A DNA stretch of 64,000 nucleotides from Methyloglobulus sp. (lineage in GTDB: Bacteria > Pseudomonadota > Gammaproteobacteria > Methylococcales > Methylomonadaceae), in the NCBI GenBank assembly GCA_013141505.1, contig JABFQX010000011.1, forward strand, positions 3,631-67,630, in the 5' to 3' direction. The stretch's first letter is position 1, and each line of letters starts with the position of its first letter. The notes below the pieces were generated by a model. It saw only the letters and a list, made by a program, of their open reading frames with translations. It did no database searches and was not told the DNA's origin. This document shows, piece after piece, positions 56,272 to 64,000 of this stretch. Made by a program: the position numbers and the translations under genes.

Positions 56272-56440
56272 CGCAGGTTGGGTTAGTCCCGCACACCTCG
56301 GATTTTGGAGTTCACCGAAAGATTGGGCGGGGCGTAAGTAACCCAACATTGGAGGTAACACACCGGATGTTGGGTTACGGCGCACGGCCACCTAAGCAGA
56401 CATTTAGCTTACGTGACAAGTGCGCCTAACCCAACCTACG
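56272..56440. repeat. GTAG-type paired REP of a second family
   Basis: cgcaggttgggttag / ctaacccaacctacg IR (1 mismatch) enclosing inner gtaacccaacat / atgttgggttac IR. Confidence 0.75.
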
Positions 56441-56540
56441 TGCTACGAGACTCAATGAACGATGGTAAGGTTTTATCAAACCATCTGGAACAAATGAGAG
56501 ACCATTTTTTATTTCAAATTTTATTACTTGGAGAAAATCA

Positions 56541-57362
56541 ATGAAAACATCATTAAAACTGTTAACCCTTGCTGCAACGATAGGCGTTAGCCAATTAGCA
56601 CCGGCGGCAACTCCCATCTACGTCATTAGGGGTAATGGTGACTTGTCTTTTTACAAGCACGCTGGCACTTATGGCGGTACTGTTGATTGGCCTATCCAGA
56701 ATTCAAAAATTGGGACAGGCTGGACTACTAACGCGAAAAAAGTCTTTGCTGGTCCAAACGGTTCAATTTACGTTATTAGACTAAATGGAACACTTTCTTT
56801 TTACAAGCATACCGGCACTGACAATGGCGCAGCAAGCTGGGCAGTGCAAAATGTGACGATCGGCAGTGGCTGGCAAAATTTCACTAAGGTATTTGCTGGC
56901 GATAACGACAACATTTATGCCGTCACAACGACCGGTGATTTGCTCTTGTACAAGTTTACCAGCACATTCAATGGCGTTAACAATGCGCCAAACAGCGTGC
57001 CAATCAATGGCTTAAAAATAGGCACTTTTTGGAATGTTTTCAGCACGGTTTTTGCTGGCGAAAATAACACTATTTATGGCATCAAACCAACAGGTGAGTT
57101 GCTTTATTACCGTCACACCGAACCATTCAAAAACGCAGTTAATTATATTGTTGAGGCGAAACAAATTGGAATTGGCTGGAATGTTTTTAGCAAAGTTTTC
57201 CCCGGCGAAGACGGTAATATCTACGGTGTCGAGAGCAATGGCAATCTACGTTTCTATAAATTTACGGGAACCTATAATGGCGCATTCAAATGGGCTGTCC
57301 AAAATAAGCTGATCGGCTCTGGCTGGAATACTCCTGTCAATGTATTTACTTCGACGGATTAA
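56541..57362 (+). CDS. Secreted tachylectin-2-like five-bladed beta-propeller lectin
   Basis: Signal peptide; five ~48-aa repeats IY.I..NG.L.FYK...IG.GW..F..VFAG. Confidence 0.85.
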   Translation: MKTSLKLLTLAATIGVSQLAPAATPIYVIRGNGDLSFYKHAGTYGGTVDWPIQNSKIGTGWTTNAKKVFAGPNGSIYVIRLNGTLSFYKHTGTDNGAASWAVQNVTIGSGWQNFTKVFAGDNDNIYAVTTTGDLLLYKFTSTFNGVNNAPNSVPINGLKIGTFWNVFSTVFAGENNTIYGIKPTGELLYYRHTEPFKNAVNYIVEAKQIGIGWNVFSKVFPGEDGNIYGVESNGNLRFYKFTGTYNGAFKWAVQNKLIGSGWNTPVNVFTSTD

Positions 57363-57542
57363 TTGCAAAACGACAAACACTCATAGTTTGTAGCAAAAAA
57401 GCAGAACCTAATGTTACGGACTCTGCCATTCGTTTTTTGATATGTTAAGCAATATGCTTGGATATCCAATTTTTACTCGTTGCCACGCTCCCGCGTTGGG
57501 AACGCATATCATTATTAAGTGATTTAACTTGAGGATAATTAT

Positions 57543-58151
57543 ATGTTTTCAAAATATTTAATCAGGAATATCAGTTTAGGGGTATTTTTTTTTATGCTAT
57601 TCCCCTTGGCTTCAGCGCTCGCCGCCGATAGGTACCGCATTGAAATAACAAATGTCAAAAGCAGGTTAAAGGCTGATGTTATTTGGGCATCAACCAACCC
57701 TTACCAAGGTGTTTTTCTTTGGCCGGACAATGGCAGTGCATCTCAGGAGTTTGACCTTTTGGATAGTGGAAATGGCTACTTCCGTATTCAGGCTCGTCAT
57801 TCAGGCCAATGCCTAATGTTGGATTGGCGGCAAGGCAGTCACAACGGCACAAATATCATTCAATACCCTTACTGCGGAACGGGTTACAGTCCAGCCGAGT
57901 GGCGAAGAGGGTGGGTAAATGATCCTGTTATATGTAATGGCAACATCTGTACTTCGACAAGCGGTTCACTTCCAGTGTTAGTCAATCGCTTTAGCGGAAA
58001 ATGTTTGGATGCCAGAAACCAATACGGTGGCGCACCTGGACAACAGGCCATATTACAACAATGGGACTGCGTAAGGACAACGAGAGACTGGAATATTGGT
58101 AACCAGGCTTGGGGTATTGCGATACCTGGACAGATTGAACGTTACCTATAA
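57543..58151 (+). CDS. Secreted ricin-B (beta-trefoil) lectin-domain protein
   Basis: Signal peptide; SQEF, GYFRIQARHSGQCL, NRFSGKCLDA, LQQWDC, NQAW (QxW repeats). Confidence 0.82.
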   Translation: MFSKYLIRNISLGVFFFMLFPLASALAADRYRIEITNVKSRLKADVIWASTNPYQGVFLWPDNGSASQEFDLLDSGNGYFRIQARHSGQCLMLDWRQGSHNGTNIIQYPYCGTGYSPAEWRRGWVNDPVICNGNICTSTSGSLPVLVNRFSGKCLDARNQYGGAPGQQAILQQWDCVRTTRDWNIGNQAWGIAIPGQIERYL

Positions 58152-58155
58152 GACC

Positions 58156-58248
58156 ATTAGCGAGTAGCCTGGATGGAGCTTGCGGAATCCGGGGATTCGT
58201 GGCTTCGATGCCCCGTATTCTGTTGCACTTCATACGGGCTACCTTAAT
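58156..58248. repeat. GTAG-type paired REP (REPIN-like), copy 2
   Basis: Near-identical to 56157-56249. Confidence 0.85.
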
Positions 58249-58302
58249 CCCATTCGTTATCGGATTTGAATGCTTTTCTATTAATTTTTTTGGAGTTTTG
58301 TC

Positions 58303-58356
58303 ATGAAAAACACTCACACTATCGCACTTACTTTAAGCCTATTGTTACCCCTCTAA
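58303..58356 (+). pseudogene. Second signal-peptide-only stub ending at a REP-like element
   Basis: RBS ggag + ATG; MKNTHTIALTLSLLLPL*, immediately followed by the palindrome at 58357. Confidence 0.45.
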
Positions 58357-58490
58357 GTCGGACGGGTTATGTTAACCCGTCCGCAACGGTTTTGCTGATT
58401 GAGCCATTAGGTTTAAACATTAAGGTCGGGGTTACAAACCCCGACCTGCTCAAGCGATAATGATGGATGCGCTACGCTTATCCATCCTAC
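58357..58490. repeat. Cluster of REP-like palindromes
   Basis: cggacgggtt-atgtt-aacccgtccg, gtcggggtt-aca-aaccccgac and a half GTAG-type unit ...ttatccatcctac. Confidence 0.6.
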
Positions 58491-58533
58491 ATTCTGACGA
58501 TCTTAATTTTGGGCAACAATTCAGGAGAAAACA

Positions 58534-59304
58534 ATGCGTAACGTATTAATTAAATTATTATTTATGGCCTTGTTCTGCGTGTCATATAACACAAAAGCGG
58601 GGGCTTTTGACAACACACTTTGGCTGGGGAATAACAAAGGTGCTAGCCTTGGCGTATTGAATGTCAATCGAGCAGGGAAGATACTCCGCACAATACGGGA
58701 TACCGAAGCAACGGGTATTGCGATTGATACCAAGAAAAACTTGATATTTTTCGGCGGTGATACTGGGCAAATCACAGCACGGGATTTAAATAGCCCTGCC
58801 TTGCCCATCAGGACGATTAATCCGCCGGTGGTTAACGGTAGGGACATGGCGTTCGATGGCTCTTTTCTTTGGCGAACCGACACAGGGAATAGGACAGTCC
58901 AAAAAATTAACCCTATCACCGGTGCTGTGGTTTTCAAGTTTGTGCCTGCATTTTATGTTGTTGGAATTGCCTGGGACGGGCAAAATTTATGGTTGAGCGA
59001 ATACAACGGTTGGAAGGGAAATGAAAGGATTGCCCAATTCACGCCCAAAGGTGTACCAACGGGCGTTTCTTTTCGGACGCATTTGATTGATCCTTATTAT
59101 GGCGGGTTTGATTTGGTTGGCGGACTGGCGTTTGATTCGACGGACAACACCTTATGGCTTGGCTCACGCTACAGCCGCCTGATTCACTACACGACCAAAG
59201 GTGTCTTACTCGGTGCGGTCAAGGTGGCAGGCCCTGCAACTGAAACTGCTCGCTTTATCGATGGCCTCGAGTTTCAAGGGGTTGCGGCGTGTTTGAAGCC
59301 TTGA
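58534..59304 (+). CDS. Secreted beta-propeller protein (glutaminyl-cyclase/YncE-like repeats)
   Basis: Signal peptide; repeats GIAID, DMAFDGSFLW, GIAWDGQNLW, GLAFDSTDNTLW. Confidence 0.7.
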   Translation: MRNVLIKLLFMALFCVSYNTKAGAFDNTLWLGNNKGASLGVLNVNRAGKILRTIRDTEATGIAIDTKKNLIFFGGDTGQITARDLNSPALPIRTINPPVVNGRDMAFDGSFLWRTDTGNRTVQKINPITGAVVFKFVPAFYVVGIAWDGQNLWLSEYNGWKGNERIAQFTPKGVPTGVSFRTHLIDPYYGGFDLVGGLAFDSTDNTLWLGSRYSRLIHYTTKGVLLGAVKVAGPATETARFIDGLEFQGVAACLKP

Positions 59305-59434
59305 AAAATTGGTTTTATTGAAACGAAGGAAGTGGAAAAAATGAAATCGAGGAATAAAATGCCCATGTTAATCCTCGATTTCAATAGTGATATGTTCGAT
59401 CCTGTTACGCAAGAATCATTAGCACTGAAGGTTC

Positions 59435-60976
59435 TTAATTGACGTTTACGGCAGTCCAAGCACTCGCAGTAGCGGCTTGCTCTGGGCTTCCTGCGCCATA
59501 CAGGTCGTTTGCTGCATTGAGGGTCGCCACGCGTGCGCCCGCAAAATTAGTGGAAGAGGTCATGTATACCGTAAGGGCGCGATACCAAATTTTCTCCGCT
59601 TTGTCCCGTCCGATACCCGTGACTACAGAGCTATCGCAAGTGGGGCTTGCAGGCCCTGTTACCGGGGTGCTGCCCTCAGCGAGAAGATAAAAGAAATGGT
59701 TCGCCACACCCGAGGAAAGGTGTACGTCAAGGCTACCCACCGTGGGTGACCAGCAGCTGGCCGATCTTCCGTCAAGGCTTGGGTTATACATATAGCGTAA
59801 TGCTTGAGTGCCGCTCTTATAAAGTTTTTCACCAATTAAATAATCGGGCGTATCGGAGGCATTATTTGCATAATACTCGACCATAGTGCCGAAAATATCG
59901 GAGGTTGCTTCATTTAGCCCACCCGATTCCCCTGAATAAATCAGGTTTGCGGTGCGTGAAGTCACGCCGTGGCTCATTTCATGTCCGGCAACATCCAATG
60001 AATCAAACGGATTAAAGGTAACGCCGTCGCCATCGCCGTATGTCATACAAAAACAGGAATCAGACCAGAATGCGTTGTTATACCTGTTTCCATAATGGAC
60101 GCGATTGAAAGCGCCGCCGCCATTGCCGGCAATGCCTAGCCGACCATGCACATTTTTATAATAATCCCAAGTCACTGCCGTGCCGTATTGTGCATCGACC
60201 GCAACTGTTTGTCGATCCGTTAACGTACTGTTACCCCATATGTTATTAGCATCAGTGAACAAGGAGCCTGAACCACTTTGCTTATTCTTCATGTCGGTGG
60301 TGTATTGATTGCCACGTGTTGGATCACGTAATGCGAAATTGCTCGTTAAATCGGTAACAAGCCCTACGCTGCCATTGAAAAAAGAATTCCCCGTCCCAGG
60401 TGCGGCGGCGGTTTCAATATCATCCCATTGGTCAATTATCTGCGCGGTACTGGCATCAATGATGTAATGCATTTCGGATGGCGTTCCGTTGTCATGGTCT
60501 CCGGCTACCTTAACTTCCCAGGCGAGTATCGGTTCTTCATCGTGTGCGTAGACCACAAGTTTGCTGACAGAAGGGGCATTCCTGGACGCGCTTGCGGCAA
60601 ATGCGCGTTCTGCCAAGTCTACCGCTTTGTCCTCATCGACATGGGCAGTGGTGTCGATTTTGATTGGATGGTGTGATGTATGGGAAGCGGAGCGGAACTT
60701 GCCGTCGCCCTTGCTATGTATGATGATGTCGCCGCCAATCACGGGAAGTCCCTTGTAAGTCCGGTCAAAGCGCACATGCTCGCTGCCGTCCCGATCAGTT
60801 TTTACATTGCGGACAAAAAACTGGTCGCTGGACGATTTCTGGATGTCTCGACCATGGCCTTCAATGTGGCCCAAAGCACGTTTAACAGGGTCGTCGTTAG
60901 CGGCGGCTGAGGAGCCGGTACTATACGCTATCGTTAACCCCATAATTATGGGTGTGATTAAAAAATTTATTTTCAT
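59435..60976 (-). CDS. M4-family (thermolysin-like) zinc metalloprotease with FTP/PepSY propeptide
   Basis: Signal peptide from MKINFL (RBS gagg); NNAFW, LDVAGHEMSHGVT, GGLNEATSDIFG, DVHLSSGVANHFFYLLAEG. Confidence 0.95.
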   Translation of the reverse strand: MKINFLITPIIMGLTIAYSTGSSAAANDDPVKRALGHIEGHGRDIQKSSSDQFFVRNVKTDRDGSEHVRFDRTYKGLPVIGGDIIIHSKGDGKFRSASHTSHHPIKIDTTAHVDEDKAVDLAERAFAASASRNAPSVSKLVVYAHDEEPILAWEVKVAGDHDNGTPSEMHYIIDASTAQIIDQWDDIETAAAPGTGNSFFNGSVGLVTDLTSNFALRDPTRGNQYTTDMKNKQSGSGSLFTDANNIWGNSTLTDRQTVAVDAQYGTAVTWDYYKNVHGRLGIAGNGGGAFNRVHYGNRYNNAFWSDSCFCMTYGDGDGVTFNPFDSLDVAGHEMSHGVTSRTANLIYSGESGGLNEATSDIFGTMVEYYANNASDTPDYLIGEKLYKSGTQALRYMYNPSLDGRSASCWSPTVGSLDVHLSSGVANHFFYLLAEGSTPVTGPASPTCDSSVVTGIGRDKAEKIWYRALTVYMTSSTNFAGARVATLNAANDLYGAGSPEQAATASAWTAVNVN

Positions 60977-61255
60977 AATGTGCCTCAATTAAGTATTGAC
61001 GGGAACAGACAGGCCGAATGGATTGCCAGTTAATTCCACTTATTTGCTTGAAAAATAAAATCTGCTGGTTTCAAGATAGGTGCAGGGTTCTAAAATAACA
61101 ATACAACCCTAACGTACCGAGTCTAGAACAAATCAAGGTATTGTCAATTAGGACGACTTTATGCTTATGCTGTTATAGGTGAAAAAGTGGCTAAAATTTT
61201 TTGATTGGGTTCGATAAAGCATGAATTATTGATCCGGTCTTATGAAGTATTAATT

Positions 61256-61314
61256 ACCCTTCGGCTTCGCTCAGGGAACGTTACCGCTGCGTTCTCTGAG
61301 CGAAGCCGAAGGGT
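61256..61314. repeat. REP-like hairpin
   Basis: acccttcggcttcgctcagggaacg / cgttctctgagcgaagccgaagggt, 25-bp IR with 1 mismatch; related in style to the fecR insertion. Confidence 0.8.
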
Positions 61315-61499
61315 ATCGCAATTACTTCAATCATTAAAAGGCCGGATCTTTAGTTTAAAAACACTATTTTTACTGAACTCACTCACAGTTTCCAAAATTG
61401 GGTCTAACGAATATCGTCTATACTTGGTAAATTGAAAGGTAATGTAATTATTTAGTAAGTGACGGAGTTTGAGTTATCAAATTAGCAAACAAAATATTA

Positions 61500-63479
61500 A
61501 TGCTCAGGTCGATTAATACTTTATTGCTTTGTGCAATGATGAGTTGTATGTATCCACTTTGGGCGGAAGAACCCAGTAAAGTTTTTGATTTGCCCTTAGA
61601 CCAACTGGTCAACGTGGAAGTCCAATCCGCTTCGCGGTTTAAACAAAAGTCCTCCCAGGCACCCTCCGCCGTGGAGGTATTGACGGCTGACAATATCCGT
61701 CAATACGGTTGGCGTACTTTAGCCGATGCGCTGAATTCAATCCGGGGAATTTATGTTCGCACTGATCGCAACTATACTTATCTAGGCAATCGGGGCTTTA
61801 CCCACAGCGGTGATTATAATTCCCGCGTGTTGATTATGATTGATGGCCGCCGGATGAATGAAACTATTTTCGACTCCGGGTTCGTCGGAGAAGAGTTTCT
61901 GTTAGATATGAACTTGATTGACCGTATCGAATATATCCCTGGTTCCGGCTCTTCGGTGTATGGTGCCAATGCCTTGCTTGGCGTTGTTAATGTAATAACC
62001 AAAAGTGGCAAGGATATTGCGGGGTTAAAGCTAAGCGGCGAAGCCGGAAGCCTGGATACTTACCGGGGCCGGGCGACCTTCGGTAAAAAATGGAGCAATG
62101 GCGCTGAACTGTTGCTCAATGGTTCGCGGTTTTTCAGCCATGGCGCAGATAAATTGTTCTTTCCTGGGTTCTCGAATATTAACGGCAGTATTGCTCAAGA
62201 TATGGATATCGAACGCAACAGTCGCGCCTTTGGTAAGTTTAGTTATGGCGATTTTACTTTGCGGGGCGGTTTTGTAGATCGCTACAAACGGATTCCAACC
62301 GCGGCTTATGATGTAATTTTTAACGATAAAGATAACTATTCAGTCGACAGCCAGGGTTATATCGATCTGGATTACCTCACGCAAATCAATCCGAATTTAG
62401 GTTTGGAAGTGAGAGGCTTTCATCACTGGTACGATTATCATTCAATCACACCTTATGAAGGTACTGTATGGGATTTACCTGATTCCCGTGTGTTATTCTT
62501 TGAGGGAGCGGATTCGCGCTGGTGGGGTGGTGAAGCCAAGTTAACAAGTACTCAATTTGACCATCATAAATTGATTGTCGGCCTAGAAGCGCAGTATGAC
62601 CAGCGTCAATATTTCACTGGTTATGTGATTAACCCAGCAGTGCCCAATTATAACGCTAAGAATGATGGTTGGCGGGCAGGCATATATTTGCAAGACGAAT
62701 ACCGCATTACTGATAGTTTATTGATCAATGCCGGTGTCCGCCTGGATTATCATCACATGATTAACAGTTTACAACTAAACCCTCGCGTCGGTTTGATTTG
62801 GGATGTTATGCCTACGCTGACGGCAAAATTGCTCTACAGTTCGGCTTTTCGCGCACCCAATATTTTAGAGCATGATATAAACAAAGGGCCGTCCCCCAGT
62901 GAAGAGTTGGTCAAAAGTTATGAAGCAATTACCGAATGGTATCCTGGAAACGGCGTAAAGTTGTTGGGTACGTTGTTCTATAACAATCTAAGCCATGTTA
63001 TAGAGACACAGGATCACTTGCCTTATGATTACGTAAATACTGGAAAATTCCAAAGCTTTGGCTTTGAATTCGGAGGTGAGAAGCGGTGGGATAACGGCCG
63101 GATGTTGAAATTGACCTGGACACACAACAGTACGCGTGACAAAAGTAATAATGAAAACGTATGGCTAATGGATTCACCCAAAAACATGGTCAAATTTCAT
63201 TATTCCGAACCGTTGTTTAACAATAAGTTAAGTTTGGGTTTTGAAGAAATCTTTGTGGACGGGCGTAGGACAAAATCCAATCAGATAGCGCCAGGGTATC
63301 ATTTATTCAATATTAGCTTGGCGATGGTTAAACCGCTTTATGGTGTGCAAGCCTCGCTGGGAATCTATAATGTGCTTGACCAACATTTTAAAGCGGTAGC
63401 CGCCCCAGACAGCAGCACGCTTGATACATTTGCTATGGACGGGCGTACCGTGCGTTTTAGGCTGGAGTACGGCTTCTAA
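61500..63479 (+). CDS. TonB-dependent receptor (signal-associated type)
   Basis: FDLPLDQLVNVEVQSASRFKQ, APSAVEVLT, RIEYIPGSGSSVYGANA, C-terminal RLEYGF. Confidence 0.92.
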   Translation: MLRSINTLLLCAMMSCMYPLWAEEPSKVFDLPLDQLVNVEVQSASRFKQKSSQAPSAVEVLTADNIRQYGWRTLADALNSIRGIYVRTDRNYTYLGNRGFTHSGDYNSRVLIMIDGRRMNETIFDSGFVGEEFLLDMNLIDRIEYIPGSGSSVYGANALLGVVNVITKSGKDIAGLKLSGEAGSLDTYRGRATFGKKWSNGAELLLNGSRFFSHGADKLFFPGFSNINGSIAQDMDIERNSRAFGKFSYGDFTLRGGFVDRYKRIPTAAYDVIFNDKDNYSVDSQGYIDLDYLTQINPNLGLEVRGFHHWYDYHSITPYEGTVWDLPDSRVLFFEGADSRWWGGEAKLTSTQFDHHKLIVGLEAQYDQRQYFTGYVINPAVPNYNAKNDGWRAGIYLQDEYRITDSLLINAGVRLDYHHMINSLQLNPRVGLIWDVMPTLTAKLLYSSAFRAPNILEHDINKGPSPSEELVKSYEAITEWYPGNGVKLLGTLFYNNLSHVIETQDHLPYDYVNTGKFQSFGFEFGGEKRWDNGRMLKLTWTHNSTRDKSNNENVWLMDSPKNMVKFHYSEPLFNNKLSLGFEEIFVDGRRTKSNQIAPGYHLFNISLAMVKPLYGVQASLGIYNVLDQHFKAVAAPDSSTLDTFAMDGRTVRFRLEYGF

Positions 63480-63481
63480 GC

Positions 63482-64000
63482 ATGAAAACGTTTTTGCTAA
63501 AAGCTAGGCATTTTTTTCGCTTGTGTGCCACTTTATTGCTGGTCGTGGTGGTAAACACTAAATTTTGCTTGGCGGTGCCAGCAAGTGACGAGTTACAGAC
63601 GTTAACGGTAGCGTTTCTCTATAATTTTTTGAAGTTGAGCGAATGGCCGACAAAAGCGGCACTTACTGAATTTACGGTGTGTGTTGGTCAAGCCAGTGAT
63701 TTTGGCAGTACGCTGGAGACTTCGATTTCAGGCAAACAAATTCAAGATAAACCATTAAAAGTTAAACATCTGCTGCCAGGAGATGACGCTAGTGTGTGCC
63801 AATTAGTATTTATTTCGAGTGAAGAAAAACCGATAAATAGAGAAAAATGGTTGAAGGATATTGATAACAAGCCAATACTGTCTGTCAGCGACAGCAGTGA
63901 CTTTCTTGATCATGGCGGGATGATCATGTTAGTTAATGATGGTAGCCATCTGCAATTTGAGGTTAACTTGGTGCAGGCTGAGCAGCAAGGGATCAATATG
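63482..64000 (+). CDS. YfiR/DUF4154-family periplasmic protein (3' truncated by window edge)
   Basis: Read manually (absent from ORF track): MKTFLL...LTVAFLYNFLKLSEWP...FTVCVG...CQLVFIS...ILSVSD...GGMIML...FEVNLVQAEQQG. Confidence 0.8.
   Translation, partial: MKTFLLKARHFFRLCATLLLVVVVNTKFCLAVPASDELQTLTVAFLYNFLKLSEWPTKAALTEFTVCVGQASDFGSTLETSISGKQIQDKPLKVKHLLPGDDASVCQLVFISSEEKPINREKWLKDIDNKPILSVSDSSDFLDHGGMIMLVNDGSHLQFEVNLVQAEQQGINM

Noticed and set aside
49889-58490. CRISPR array suggested by repeats
   Set aside because: The repeats are 9-bp tandem units or dispersed palindromes; there is no series of 23-47-bp direct repeats with unique equal-length spacers.
55615-59304. Integron cassette array
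   Set aside because: No intI, and I could not find consistent RYYYAAC...GTTRRRY attC boundaries; the separators are GTAG-type and other REP-like palindromes.
61205-61435. 76-aa ORF upstream of the TonB receptor
   Set aside because: It runs through a REP hairpin, has a TTG start without RBS and no protein-like features.

Overview
This is a chromosomal window from a gammaproteobacterium, most likely a type I (RuMP-pathway) methanotroph or methylotroph of the Methylococcales. That assignment is inferred from the tkt-tal-fbaA cluster and gene repertoire, not from a database search. Layout: (1) 1-5.2 kb: sugar-phosphate rearrangement operon tkt(3' end)-X-Y-tal-fbaA, where X and Y are unannotated low-complexity proteins sharing about 19 copies of a [TS]GVx[KR]Y[LIVM] motif, and X is membrane-anchored. 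(2) 5.6-14.4 kb: secreted GH5-like glycoside hydrolase, darP/yjgA, a PhoPQ-like two-component pair and exported hypotheticals. (3) 14.7-21.8 kb: decaying FecI/FecR/TonB-transducer/PepSY locus with an in-frame palindromic insertion in fecR, an inserted VapBC pair and an ISL3 remnant. (4) 21.9-33.9 kb: CHASE2 nucleotide cyclase plus Crp regulator beside an operon with an Asn-rich triple-repeat secreted protein, a CsgG-like lipoprotein, OmpA proteins and an OmpA-TPR-CHAT protease. (5) 34-44.9 kb: housekeeping carA-carB-greA-yhbY-rlmE-ftsH-glmM-tpiA-secG-tRNA-Leu(GAG). (6) 44.9-52.1 kb: a ~7.2 kb P4/PICI-like satellite integrated in the tRNA with a recognisable att duplication. (7) 52.2-61.3 kb: cupin, aminotransferase, a LuxR regulator frameshifted at a C9 run, and REP-punctuated secreted lectin/protease genes. 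(8) 61.5-64 kb: TonB-dependent receptor plus a YfiR-like gene. The two best candidates for undescribed systems are the multivalent-motif linker pair in the RuMP operon (possible membrane-tethered enzyme scaffold or condensate) and the CsgG-linked Asn-rich repeat operon (possible functional amyloid). All family assignments come from motif recognition by eye; no searches were run.
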